NCBI GenBank assembly: GCA_043750125.1
Contig: JAYVCD010000115.1
Coordinates: 1 to 11,150, forward strand
Direction: 5' to 3'
Length of the DNA: 11,150 bases
Source: Archangiaceae bacterium
GTDB taxonomy: Bacteria > Myxococcota > Myxococcia > Myxococcales > Myxococcaceae
Shown one piece after another: positions 1 to 9,278 of this stretch. Numbering within the stretch: position 1 is the first letter of the stretch; each line of letters begins with the position of its first letter. Under the pieces are notes generated by a model that was given only the letters and a program-made list of their open reading frames with translations, searched no databases and was not told where the DNA came from. A program made the position numbers and the translations under genes.

Positions 1-93
1 CTCACCACGAGTCATCGGAAGTAACGAGGTCACGGCGCTCTCAACCGTCAACCACGGCCCGCATTCCCGGGCACGAACTTCTGATCTGTCGTA

Positions 94-1680
94 CTAGTCG
101 CCGAACGCATCATCGATCGCCTGGCTGCGCGACTTCGTATCGGCGGCAGGCCGCTTCGCCGGAGCCGCCGCCTTCTTTTTCACCGCCGGCTTCTCTTCTT
201 CGTCGGCGTCTTCCGAGGCCCTGGCACCGCCGCCCAGCTTCGCCAGCTGGGACTTCGCGCGGTCATTCTCAGGGTCGTTTTTCAACGCGGCCTGGAACGC
301 GAGCTTGGCGTGGTCGGTATTGTCGTTCTTCAAGTGCTGGAGTCCGACCAACGTATAGAGGTTCGACAGCTGCTTGCGGATCTTCCCCCCGTAGACGCCA
401 AAGCCGCTGGACAGCTGCTCGTCGAGCTTGAGCGCTTTCTCGAAGCTCTTGATCGCCGCGCCGCCATTGTTCGAATTGACCGCATTGTCGGCTGCTTCGT
501 GAGCGGCGATGAATTCGGTGAGCTTGGCAGTGAGGTCGCGATCGTTGGCTTTCTTCGCCGCCTCGAGCGAAGCCTCGGCATTGCCCTTTTCGTAGGAAGC
601 CAGAATCGCGGACTTTTTTGCGTTGGGTGAGCCGGACTTCGCAGCGGGCTCAGCTTCTTCCTCTTCCGCGACCGCTTTTTTCGAAGGGGAAGAGGCCTTG
701 GCAACGACCACCGGCTTGGCGCCCTCGGCGGCAGCGGCTTCTTCTTCCTTCTGGGCCCCCGCAGCCTTCTTTTCTGCGGCGAGCGCACTTTGCTTCTCGT
801 GCATCTTCTTCGAGATCGCGTCGTCGACCTTCTTGTTCTGCTGCACCTTCACGTCGTCCATCACGATGTCGAGCTCGGGCTCGACGGCGGGTTTCGGCAG
901 GGCTCGGGTCGCGATTCGCAGCGGGGCGTTGAGGCTGACGCCTTTGACCAGCGCGAAGGCGAGCATTCCTCCCAGGCCAAAGACCATCGCGCCCGCGACG
1001 ATCGCGACCTTCACCATCGCGACTTTCACCACGCTGTTGTTCGTCTTTGGCGGGGTGCTGGCCCGGGCGGTGGAAGGGCCGATGGACGTGCGCAAGGCCG
1101 CCTTCCGGGGGGAAAGCTTGTTGTCCTTTGCTTTGACCGGCACGCCTTCCCCCTTGGCCAGGGGGCCCCGCAGCTTCAGCAGGGCATTGCCCATCGCGAT
1201 CAAGTCGCCGGGGAAGACTTCGATCTCGGCTTGAATCTTGTTCTTGTTGACGAAGGTGCCGTTCTGGCTGCCGAGGTCCTTGACGAAGAACTGCTCGCCG
1301 ATGCGCTTGAACTGCGCATGGCGGCGGGAAATGGACGGGTGCTGCAGCCGCAGGTCGCTGACCGAGGCCCGGCCGATGACGAGGGGGCCTTGTTTGAGCT
1401 GCACCAACTGGCCGGCTCCGGGGCCGCGTTCGACATAGAGAAAGGATGGCTTGTGAGACTCGCTCGAGCCGTAGGTGGCGCGCAGTTCCTCGTCTTGATT
1501 CTCGTTGTCGAAGACCGAGGGCGGGATGTGTTTTTCGACCTTCTTCAAAGCGCGCCTCGCACCGGTGGCAGGGTACTGCGGAACGCGTTGGGGGCGCGGA
1601 TCGTCGGCCTTGAGGACGTCGGAGTCATCGAAGGGGAGCTCTCCCTTTCGGGGGGACCGGTGCTTGGGATTCGACGCCAT
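94..1680 (-). CDS. FHA-domain single-pass membrane protein with C-terminal helical/TPR-like region (528 aa)
   Basis: FHA signature at aa ~79-170 (VIGR, SISRRH, DLGSQNGTFVN). One hydrophobic helix at aa ~225-245 (VAIVAGAMVFGLGGMLAFALV). Ala/Lys/Glu low-complexity linker. TPR-like helices (AIKSFEKALKLD; AKLAFQAALKNDPENDRAK). GGAG lies 5 nt upstream of the ATG; TAG stop at 94-96. Confidence 0.88.
   Translation of the reverse strand: MASNPKHRSPRKGELPFDDSDVLKADDPRPQRVPQYPATGARRALKKVEKHIPPSVFDNENQDEELRATYGSSESHKPSFLYVERGPGAGQLVQLKQGPLVIGRASVSDLRLQHPSISRRHAQFKRIGEQFFVKDLGSQNGTFVNKNKIQAEIEVFPGDLIAMGNALLKLRGPLAKGEGVPVKAKDNKLSPRKAALRTSIGPSTARASTPPKTNNSVVKVAMVKVAIVAGAMVFGLGGMLAFALVKGVSLNAPLRIATRALPKPAVEPELDIVMDDVKVQQNKKVDDAISKKMHEKQSALAAEKKAAGAQKEEEAAAAEGAKPVVVAKASSPSKKAVAEEEEAEPAAKSGSPNAKKSAILASYEKGNAEASLEAAKKANDRDLTAKLTEFIAAHEAADNAVNSNNGGAAIKSFEKALKLDEQLSSGFGVYGGKIRKQLSNLYTLVGLQHLKNDNTDHAKLAFQAALKNDPENDRAKSQLAKLGGGARASEDADEEEKPAVKKKAAAPAKRPAADTKSRSQAIDDAFGD
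1001..1030. repeat. 15-bp tandem duplication within the FHA gene
   Basis: ATCGCGACCTTCACC (1001-1015) followed by ATCGCGACTTTCACC (1016-1030), 14/15 identical, encoding VKVAM-VKVAI. Confidence 0.8.
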
Positions 1681-1876
1681 GGGGACTCCGACTCAAAGCA
1701 ATCGCTCGGAGACTACCCGATCGCGGGCCGAAAAATGTTTCCGGGTTCCGCAGGATTGGATCCCCCGGAGGGCGAGGCCGAACAAGGTCCGAACGGCCTC
1801 GAGCCGGTGAGCCAACCGAGGCGAATCGGATCAAAAAAAAGGTGCGGTGGGTCAGGGGTCGTACACTGCGCCGCCT
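1681..1876. promoter_or_regulatory. Divergent intergenic region with putative promoters for the FHA gene and cysS
   Basis: 196 nt between head-to-head start codons. Candidate -10 elements are TAGTCT (minus strand, 1710-1715) and TACACT (plus strand, 1862-1867). Also contains an A8 tract at 1833-1840 and an 8-bp inverted repeat at 1773-1801. No clear -35 element. Confidence 0.55.
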
Positions 1877-3340
1877 ATGGGGACCCCCGGTTCGATCCGT
1901 GTCTACAACACGATGACCAACCAGAAGGAGCCGCTGCAGCCACTGCACCCCGGCAAAATCGGGATCTACGTGTGTGGCCCGACGGTCTACGGCTACGTGC
2001 ACATCGGGAACGCGCGGACCTTCACCTCGTTCGACACGGTCGTACGCTACCTGCGCTACCGCGGCTTCGAGGTCACCTACGTTCGCAACTACACCGACGT
2101 GGACGACAAGATCATCAACGCGGCGAAGGAAAAGGGTGAGCCGGCGCAGGACCTGGCCGCCCGCTTCGTTCGGGAATTCGAGCTCGATGCCACCGCGATG
2201 CACCTGCTGGTGCCGGACCACTCACCGAAAGTGACCGAGACGATTCCAGAGATCGTCGCCCTGGTGGAGAAGCTGATTTCCAACGGGGTCGCGTACGAAG
2301 CGCAGGGCGATGTCTACTTCGAGGTCGGCAAGTGGGCGACGTACGCCAAGCTGTCGAAGCGGAATCTCGAAGACATGCAGGCCACCGAGCGAATCACGAC
2401 CGGAGACCAGAAGCGGGCGTCGCTGGACTTCGCGCTCTGGAAGACCGCCAAGCCGGGCGAGCCGTCGTGGGACAGCCCCTGGGGGAAGGGGAGGCCAGGG
2501 TGGCACATCGAGTGCTCGGCGATGGCCTCGAAATATCTGGGCGAGACATTCGATCTTCACGGAGGCGGGCTCGATTTGATTTTCCCGCACCACGAAAACG
2601 AGATCGCGCAGAGCGAGGCAGGCTTCAAGAAGACCTTCTGCAACGTCTGGATGCACGGCGGCTTTCTCGATCTCGACGGCGCGAAGATGTCGAAGAGCCT
2701 CGGCAACGTGGTGCGGTTGCGCGACGCGCTGGAACGGATTGACGCCGAGGCGCTGCGGTACTTTTTTCTCTCGACCCACTACCGCAGCCCGCTCGCATTT
2801 TCCGACAAGTCCCTGGTCGATGCGGAAAGCCGGATGGAATATTTCTACGAGTCGCTGCGAAAAGTCGACGAACGCATCAATGGAAAGGACTTCGGCAGCG
2901 GGCCGTTTCATCAAGATCCGGCGAAGTGGGTCAGCGACTTCGAGGCGTGCGTCGACGACGACTTCAACTTCGCGGGGGCGCTGGGCATTCTCTCGGGCTT
3001 GTTCGCGACGATCAACGAGCTGACCGACAAGCCCCCGCTGAAGGACAAGCCGCTGATCGGGCGCACGCTTCAGGAATTGCGCGCAGGGGTCGCCAGGATT
3101 TCGAAGGTGCTCGGGCTGTTCGAAGACCAGCCCACCGCGTGGCTGTTGCGACGGCGTGATCGGCAGGTGAAGGCGAAGCAAATCGATCAAGCCAGGGTCG
3201 AGACCCTGCTGCAGCAGCGTCGGCTGGCACGCGAGAAGAAGGATTTTGCCGCGTCGGACAAGCTGCGCGACGAGCTGAAGTCGATGGGGGTCGAGAGCAT
3301 GGACACCGCGCAGGGGACCACCTGGAAGGTCGTGAGCTGA
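1877..3340 (+). CDS. cysS: Cysteine--tRNA ligase (class I aminoacyl-tRNA synthetase)
   Basis: Motifs YVCGPTVY, HIGNAR (HIGH-like), RNYTDVDDKII, DFALWK, GRPGWHIECSAM, DLIFPHHENE, KMSKSLGN and C-terminal SDKLRDEL. Start placed at ATG 1877 rather than the ORF-track GTG 1847, because CysRS normally begins just before the 'YNT' motif. Confidence 0.98.
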   Translation: MGTPGSIRVYNTMTNQKEPLQPLHPGKIGIYVCGPTVYGYVHIGNARTFTSFDTVVRYLRYRGFEVTYVRNYTDVDDKIINAAKEKGEPAQDLAARFVREFELDATAMHLLVPDHSPKVTETIPEIVALVEKLISNGVAYEAQGDVYFEVGKWATYAKLSKRNLEDMQATERITTGDQKRASLDFALWKTAKPGEPSWDSPWGKGRPGWHIECSAMASKYLGETFDLHGGGLDLIFPHHENEIAQSEAGFKKTFCNVWMHGGFLDLDGAKMSKSLGNVVRLRDALERIDAEALRYFFLSTHYRSPLAFSDKSLVDAESRMEYFYESLRKVDERINGKDFGSGPFHQDPAKWVSDFEACVDDDFNFAGALGILSGLFATINELTDKPPLKDKPLIGRTLQELRAGVARISKVLGLFEDQPTAWLLRRRDRQVKAKQIDQARVETLLQQRRLAREKKDFAASDKLRDELKSMGVESMDTAQGTTWKVVS

Positions 3341-3395
3341 AGAAGGTCGGAACGCTGTGTCGACCGTTGGGCTGCGTGTTAAACGCCGCCCCCCA

Positions 3396-5078
3396 ATGCG
3401 CAAATCCATCTGCTTTGTGGTCTGGGTGCTCTCTTCGGTCGCTCTTGCAGGAAACGAAAAAGACGCGGCCCGGTTGGTGACGGCCGAGCAGTTGCGGGGG
3501 CACGTCGCCTTCCTCGCCTCGGACCTGCTCGAAGGGCGGGGGCCGGCCACTGCCGGGGATCTGCTGGCCCAGCAGTACATCGCAGCGCAGTTCGAAGCGC
3601 TGGGACTGAAGCCCGCGGGCACCGATGGGACGTGGTTTCAGAAGTTCGATCTGGTCGGCGTCAATGGCAACCCCCAGGCGCTGGCGTTCACCGGCCCCGC
3701 GGGAAAGAAGCTGTCCTTGAAGTATTCCGACGACTTCATTGCCGTCGCCGGGTCGCAGGTTCCGACCTCGAAGCTCGAGAACGCGGAAGTGGTCTTCGTC
3801 GGGTATGGAATTCAGGCTCCGGAGTACCAGTGGGATGACTTCAAGGGACTGGACGTAAAAGGGAAGGTCCTGCTGGTGATGAACAACGACCCGGAGACCG
3901 ACCCGTCGCTGTTCGCGGGGCGGACCCGGCTCTGGTACGGGCGGTGGGACTACAAATACGAGAAGGCGATGAACCTGGGCGCCGCGGGCTGCATCATCAT
4001 TCACACCACGGCGTCGGCGGGCTACCCGTGGCAGGTGGTTCAGACCTCGTGGGCCGGCGAACAGTTCGACCTTCCGTCGACCGGGCCGGTTTCGCTGCAG
4101 ATGAAGGCATGGACCACCGACGAGGCGACCAGGCGCCTGGTGGCACTGGGCGGGCTGGATCTCGAGGTGCTGCGCAAGGCGGCTTTGACCCGGGACTTCA
4201 AGCCGGTGCCGCTCGGAGTGACCCTTTCAGTCGCGTTCAAGAGCGTGGTTCAAAAGAAGGCCACCGCGAATGTGTTGGGCCTGCTGCCGGGCTCGGACCC
4301 GAAGTTGAGCAAAGAGTGGGTCGTCTACACCGCGCACCACGATCACCTGGGTCGAAAGGTGGGGGCGAAGCCAGGCGAAGACGACATCTACAATGGCGCG
4401 GTCGACAACGCGTCGGGCGTTGCGGCGCTGCTCGCGGTCGCGCGCGCGGCGACCTCGCTGAGCAAAGCCCCCCGCCGGTCGATTCTGTTCGCTGCGGTCG
4501 CGGCTGAAGAGCAGGGGCTGTTGGGCTCGCAGTACCTCGTCGAGCACCCTCCGGTGCACGTCGGGCAGATGGCGATCGACATCAACATCGATGGCCTCAA
4601 CATCTGGGGCCGGACCAAGGACGTGAGCGTGATCGGCCTGGGCAAGTCGACCGTGGATCAAGCGATTGCCAGGTATGCGAAGGCCCAGAATCGGACCGTC
4701 AAGGCCGACGAGCTGTCTGACCGGGGTTTCTTCTACCGCTCGGACCAGTTCAACTTCGCCAAGTGGGGCGTCCCGGCGGCGTACTTCTCGAGCGGCAATG
4801 ATTACGTGGGCAAGCCCGAAGGTTGGGGCAAGAAGATGCGCGAGCAGTGGGAAGAGGAGCACTACCACCAGCCGTCCGATCAGCTGCTGCCCAGCTGGGA
4901 TCTGAGCGGGGCGGTCGAAGATGTGACGCTCTATTTCCAGCTCGGAGTCGACATCGCCAACGCTCCGAAGATGCCGGTGTGGAACAAGGGCGACGAGTTC
5001 GAGGCCCCGCGACAGAAGGCGTTGGCCGCGGTTGCAGCCGAACCGGCGGGGCCCAAAAAGGTTCAAGAGCCGCGGTAA
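3396..5078 (+). CDS. Exported M28-family zinc aminopeptidase with PA (protease-associated) domain
   Basis: Signal-peptide-like start [18 protein letters not shown] at ATG 3396. Motifs [10 protein letters not shown], the PA segment [26 protein letters not shown], and metal-binding/catalytic motifs [33 protein letters not shown] and YHQPSD. Confidence 0.92.
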   Translation: MRKSICFVVWVLSSVALAGNEKDAARLVTAEQLRGHVAFLASDLLEGRGPATAGDLLAQQYIAAQFEALGLKPAGTDGTWFQKFDLVGVNGNPQALAFTGPAGKKLSLKYSDDFIAVAGSQVPTSKLENAEVVFVGYGIQAPEYQWDDFKGLDVKGKVLLVMNNDPETDPSLFAGRTRLWYGRWDYKYEKAMNLGAAGCIIIHTTASAGYPWQVVQTSWAGEQFDLPSTGPVSLQMKAWTTDEATRRLVALGGLDLEVLRKAALTRDFKPVPLGVTLSVAFKSVVQKKATANVLGLLPGSDPKLSKEWVVYTAHHDHLGRKVGAKPGEDDIYNGAVDNASGVAALLAVARAATSLSKAPRRSILFAAVAAEEQGLLGSQYLVEHPPVHVGQMAIDINIDGLNIWGRTKDVSVIGLGKSTVDQAIARYAKAQNRTVKADELSDRGFFYRSDQFNFAKWGVPAAYFSSGNDYVGKPEGWGKKMREQWEEEHYHQPSDQLLPSWDLSGAVEDVTLYFQLGVDIANAPKMPVWNKGDEFEAPRQKALAAVAAEPAGPKKVQEPR

Positions 5079-5095
5079 CCGGCTCTCACGAGACC

Positions 5096-5112
5096 ACTGA
5101 ACACGCGTGCGC
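5096..5112. promoter_or_regulatory. Possible Myxococcus-type LexA (SOS) operator upstream of uvrB
   Basis: Minus strand reads GCGCACGCGTGTTCAGT, matching 14 of 17 positions of the M. xanthus consensus as I recall it (CTRHAMRYBYGTTCAGS). The GTTCAG half-site is perfect; the other half is degenerate. Confidence 0.35.
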
Positions 5113-5143
5113 CTTTGCCGCTCGCTTGCTAGACAATTCGGTC

Positions 5144-7234
5144 ATGGGTGGCTTCGAACTCGTCAGTGCTTACCGACCCCAGGGCGACCAGCCCCGGGCC
5201 ATTGTAGAGCTCACTGACGGGGTGAAGCGCGGGGACCCGCACCAGGTACTGCTGGGCGTCACCGGCAGCGGCAAGACCTTCACGATGGCGAACGTGATCG
5301 CCAACACCCAGCGCCCTTCGCTGGTCATCGCCCACAACAAGACCCTGGCCGCCCAGCTCTACTCGGAGTTCAAGGAGCTCTTCCCTTCCAACGCGGTCGA
5401 GTACTTCGTCAGCTACTACGACTACTACCAGCCCGAGGCGTACGTGCCGTCGTCCGACACGTACATCGAGAAGGACTCGTCGATTAACGAGGAAATCGAG
5501 CGGATGCGGCACTCGGCCACGCACTCGCTGCGGACCCGCGATGACGTGGTGATCGTCGCCTCGGTCTCGTGCATCTATGGCCTGGGAACTGCCCGGGTGT
5601 ATCTGGAGATGGCAGTCCGGGCGGCAGTCGGGGAGGAGATCGGCCGGGACAAGATGATCAAGCGGCTGGTCGAGTGCCAGTACGCGCGAAACGACGCCGA
5701 CTTCCACCGCGGAACGTTTCGGGTGCGCGGCGATGTCGTCGAGGTTTTTCCGATTTACGAAGAAGAGCGCGCGCTGCGAATCGAGTTCTTCGGCGATACG
5801 GTGGAGAAGATCACCGAGTTCGACCCGCTGCGCGGGATTGCGCTGGGCTCGCTGCAGAAGGCGGTGATCTTCCCGGGAAGCCACTACGTCACCGAGCCCG
5901 AGCAGCGGAAAACCGCGATCATCACCATTCGCGACGAGCTGCAGGAACGGCTGGCCTTCCTCAAGGCGAACAACAAGCTCGTCGAGGCGCAGCGACTCGA
6001 GCAGCGTACGATGTACGACCTCGAGTTGATGGAGCAGTTGGGCTTCTGCAACGGAATCGAGAACTACTCGCGGCACCTGTCGGGGCGGCAACCGGGAGAA
6101 GCGCCCCCCTGCCTGCTCGATTACTTCCCCAAGGACATGCTGGTGTTCGTCGATGAATCGCACCAGACGATTCCCCAGATCGGCGCGATGTACCGCGGAG
6201 ACCGTTCTCGCAAAGAGACGTTGGTCGAGTTTGGCTTTCGATTGCCCAGCGCCGTCGACAACCGCCCGCTGAAGTTCACCGAGTTCGAGCTGATGGTGCA
6301 GCAAGCGGTCTACGTCAGCGCCACGCCTTCCGAGTGGGAGCTGTCGAAGGCGCGCGGCGTCGTCGTCGAACAGATCATTCGCCCTACCGGGCTGATCGAC
6401 CCCGAGGTCGAGGTGCGGCCGGTCGGCAACCAGGTCGACGACCTGCTCGAAGAGATTCGGATCTGCGCCAAGGCTGGTGAGCGCGTGTTGGTCACCACGC
6501 TGACCAAGCGGATGTCGGAAGATCTGACCGAGTACTACGCCGATGTCGGAGTGAAGGTGCGCTACCTCCACAGCGACATCGACGCGATCGAGCGGACCGC
6601 GATCATTCGGGACCTGCGCAAGGGGGTGTTCGACGTGTTGGTCGGAATCAACCTGCTGCGCGAGGGCCTCGACATTCCCGAGGTCTCGCTGGTCGCCATT
6701 CTCGACGCGGACAAGGAAGGGTTCCTCAGGTCTCACGTCTCGCTGATTCAGACCATCGGTCGGGCCGCCCGAAATCTGAAGGGTCGGGTGATCATGTACT
6801 CGGACTCGATCACCGATTCGATGAAGCTGGCGCTCGAAGAGACAGGTCGGCGGCGCGAGATCCAGCGCAGCTACAACACCGAGCATTCGATCACTCCGGT
6901 TTCGATTCGGAAGAACATCGCGGACATGTCGCAGTTTCTCTACGACGCGGATCCTGCCGCGTTGCCGATGGCAGCCGAGCCCGGCGCGGATCTGATCGAC
7001 AGCACCGAATTGAAGAAGCTGATCAAAGACACCGAAAAACGAATGGTGGCGATGGCTGACGAGACCGAGTTCGAGAAGGCCGCGGTCGAACGCGATCGTC
7101 TGCTGTTGCTGCGCGACATGGATCTGGGCCTCAAGCCCGCCTCGCGCGCGCTGCTCAAAGAGCCGAAGGAACAGTCGGGGCAGCGCCCGATGGGCAAGCG
7201 CGCGCAGCCTCGAAAGTACTTCCGGAAGCGGTAG
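5144..7234 (+). CDS. uvrB: Excinuclease ABC subunit B (696 aa from ATG 5144)
   Basis: Motifs PQGDQP, Walker [19 protein letters not shown], beta-hairpin [42 protein letters not shown] and a C-terminal UVR domain ([10 protein letters not shown]). The ORF-track extension to 4823 overlaps the peptidase gene and is not the likely start. Confidence 0.98.
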   Translation: MGGFELVSAYRPQGDQPRAIVELTDGVKRGDPHQVLLGVTGSGKTFTMANVIANTQRPSLVIAHNKTLAAQLYSEFKELFPSNAVEYFVSYYDYYQPEAYVPSSDTYIEKDSSINEEIERMRHSATHSLRTRDDVVIVASVSCIYGLGTARVYLEMAVRAAVGEEIGRDKMIKRLVECQYARNDADFHRGTFRVRGDVVEVFPIYEEERALRIEFFGDTVEKITEFDPLRGIALGSLQKAVIFPGSHYVTEPEQRKTAIITIRDELQERLAFLKANNKLVEAQRLEQRTMYDLELMEQLGFCNGIENYSRHLSGRQPGEAPPCLLDYFPKDMLVFVDESHQTIPQIGAMYRGDRSRKETLVEFGFRLPSAVDNRPLKFTEFELMVQQAVYVSATPSEWELSKARGVVVEQIIRPTGLIDPEVEVRPVGNQVDDLLEEIRICAKAGERVLVTTLTKRMSEDLTEYYADVGVKVRYLHSDIDAIERTAIIRDLRKGVFDVLVGINLLREGLDIPEVSLVAILDADKEGFLRSHVSLIQTIGRAARNLKGRVIMYSDSITDSMKLALEETGRRREIQRSYNTEHSITPVSIRKNIADMSQFLYDADPAALPMAAEPGADLIDSTELKKLIKDTEKRMVAMADETEFEKAAVERDRLLLLRDMDLGLKPASRALLKEPKEQSGQRPMGKRAQPRKYFRKR

Positions 7235-7238
7235 CTCG

Positions 7239-9278
7239 ATGACCCCCGCCCTCGAGGAGAAGATCGCGAATCTGCCCGCGAGTCCGGGCGTGTACCTGAT
7301 GAAAGACGACGCCGGGCGCGTCATCTACGTCGGCAAGGCGGTCAACCTCAAGAGCCGGGTGCGCTCGTACTTCTCTGCTTCTTCGTCCGACAACCGCGCC
7401 TTCGTGGCCGTGCTCGATCATTGGTTGGCGGACCTCGAGACGATGGTGGTCTCGAGTGAAAAAGAAGCGCTGCTGCTCGAGAACGAGCTGATCAAGAAGC
7501 ACCGGCCGCGCTTCAATGTTCAGCTTCGAGACGACAAGACGTTCTTGTGTCTGCGGCTGGACCTGTCGCACCCCTACCCAAGGCTCGAGACGGTACGGGC
7601 GGTGAAATCGGCGCCCCGGGTCACCAGTGCGACCGTCGGAGATCGGGGCACTCCCAAGCGACGGGAGTCCACTCCGAACAAAGACGTCCGCTACTTCGGA
7701 CCCTACGCGTCGGCGAGCTCGATTCGAGAAACGCTGCGGGTGGTCAACAAGTACTTCCAGCTGAGGACTTGCACCGATTACGTCCTCGAGAAGAGGCGTC
7801 GGCCGTGCCTGCTGTATCAAATCGGCCGCTGTCCGGCGCCCTGCGTGCACCCGATTCCTTCCGAGGACTATCGGCAGAACGTCGATGCGGTCGTGATGTT
7901 TCTCGAGGGACGCAGCGGCCCCCTGCTTCAATCGTTGGGGGGACGAATGAAGGAAGCGTCGGGAAAGCTCGCGTACGAAGAGGCTGCGCGACTGCGGGAT
8001 CAAATCATCGCATTGCAGCGCAGCCTCGAGCGGCAGAAGGTCGCCACCACCGACGCGATCGACCAGGACGTGTTCGGCTTTCATCGCGAAGCCGAACGAC
8101 TGGTGGTCTATGCGCTCTGGGTCCGCGGTGGCCGGATCAATGGGGGCCAGGCCTTTCACTTCAGCGGTCAGCAATTCCCGGACGATGAGCTGCTGATGTC
8201 GTTCGTGAACCTCTATTACGACGAAGAGAATTTCATTCCCAGCGAAGTGCTGCTGCCGGTGGCTCCTCCCGAGCCCGCGGGCCTGGACGCTTTGGGCGAT
8301 CTGTTGGGAGACCGAAAAGGAACCCGGGTGAAGGTCTACGTTCCTCAGCGCGGCGAGAAAGTCGCGCTGGTGGGGATGGCCACCCAGAACGCAGAGCGCG
8401 CCTCGAGCGAGCGCAAGCGCACCCGCGAAGAAATGGACTCAGTGCTCGAGCGGCTCAAAGATCGCCTGCACCTGAAGAAGTTTCCCCGTCGGATCGAGGC
8501 CTTCGACATCTCGCACTTCCAGGGGACAGCTCTGGTCGCATCGCAAGTCGCCGCGCTGGACGGCGAGCCCGATCGGGCGCGCTATCGGCGCTTTCACGTC
8601 AAGACCGTCGCTGGCAACGACGACTTTGCGAGCATGTACGAAGTGCTCAGCCGTCGGCTCAGGCGCGGAGTGACCGAAAATGATCTGCCCGATCTGCTGG
8701 TGATCGACGGCGGCAAAGGCCAATTGATGGCCGCGCAGGCCGCGATGAAAGACGTAGGAATGGAGCCAATCGACCTCGTCGCTCTTGCGAAGAGCCGCGA
8801 TCTCGAGGTGCCGGATCGCGACGTGGAGAGCCAGCGAAGTCCCGAGCGGGTCTTCCTCCTCGATCGCAAAGAGCCGATCGTGCTGCCGCAGAACTCACTG
8901 GAGCTGTTCGTGCTGACCCGTCTGCGCGACGAGGCCCATCGCTTCGCGATCACCTTCCAGCGCAAAATCGCCCGGCGGCGCGGTCTCGAGTCCGAGCTGG
9001 AAGAGATCCCCGGCGTCGGCGCAGGGCGCAGGAAGGTATTGCTCAAGCACTTTGGAAGCGTGAAGGGCGTTCGCGGAGCCACCATCGAGCAACTCGCCGA
9101 GGTCGAGGGGCTGGGACCCGCCGTCGCCGAGCGGATCCACGCCTTCCTCCACGGCAGGTCGGCCGATGAAGGGGACGACGAAGTGCGTGATGCCTCTTTG
9201 GAAGATGCGGGCGTGACCCCGGGGCCCGAGGCTCAAGCCTTCATCAGCAGCTCGCGTCCGCCATCGACGACGAACTGA
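7239..9278 (+). CDS. uvrC: Excinuclease ABC subunit C (679 aa)
   Basis: GIY-YIG domain (PGVYLMKD...[32 protein letters not shown]), four-Cys motif C178/C190/C198/C202, UVR domain ([11 protein letters not shown]), RNase H-like domain ([29 protein letters not shown]) and HhH motifs (IPGVG, VEGLG). Starts 4 nt after the uvrB stop. Confidence 0.98.
   Translation: MTPALEEKIANLPASPGVYLMKDDAGRVIYVGKAVNLKSRVRSYFSASSSDNRAFVAVLDHWLADLETMVVSSEKEALLLENELIKKHRPRFNVQLRDDKTFLCLRLDLSHPYPRLETVRAVKSAPRVTSATVGDRGTPKRRESTPNKDVRYFGPYASASSIRETLRVVNKYFQLRTCTDYVLEKRRRPCLLYQIGRCPAPCVHPIPSEDYRQNVDAVVMFLEGRSGPLLQSLGGRMKEASGKLAYEEAARLRDQIIALQRSLERQKVATTDAIDQDVFGFHREAERLVVYALWVRGGRINGGQAFHFSGQQFPDDELLMSFVNLYYDEENFIPSEVLLPVAPPEPAGLDALGDLLGDRKGTRVKVYVPQRGEKVALVGMATQNAERASSERKRTREEMDSVLERLKDRLHLKKFPRRIEAFDISHFQGTALVASQVAALDGEPDRARYRRFHVKTVAGNDDFASMYEVLSRRLRRGVTENDLPDLLVIDGGKGQLMAAQAAMKDVGMEPIDLVALAKSRDLEVPDRDVESQRSPERVFLLDRKEPIVLPQNSLELFVLTRLRDEAHRFAITFQRKIARRRGLESELEEIPGVGAGRRKVLLKHFGSVKGVRGATIEQLAEVEGLGPAVAERIHAFLHGRSADEGDDEVRDASLEDAGVTPGPEAQAFISSSRPPSTTN

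Noticed and set aside
1..93. Possible start of the next minus-strand gene (ATG at 13-15, MTRGE...) and a weak hairpin at 57-72
   Set aside because: Only five codons are visible, and the hairpin has a 5-bp stem and no U-tract; neither can be supported.
1816..1840. Small hairpin plus A8 as an intrinsic terminator
   Set aside because: The stem is only 4 bp and lies on the wrong side of the tract for a minus-strand terminator.
1681..1876. T-box riboswitch upstream of cysS
   Set aside because: No GGTGGNACC T-box sequence, no recognisable stem I and no terminator with a U-tract on the plus strand.
1999..2012. HIGN instead of HIGH in CysRS
   Set aside because: This is a common variant among bacterial CysRS enzymes.
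790..3622. Long alternative ORFs 790..2139 (+) and 2222..3622 (-)
   Set aside because: Antisense shadows of the FHA gene and cysS with no domain signatures.
4823..5143. 107-aa N-terminal extension of UvrB in the ORF track
   Set aside because: It overlaps the peptidase gene in another frame; UvrB similarity begins at ATG 5144.
5129..7324. 731-aa antisense ORF covering uvrB
   Set aside because: It is codon-aligned with uvrB. Antisense stops require sense TTA/CTA/TCA codons, which are rare in GC-rich genes, and it has no recognisable motifs. Shadow ORF.
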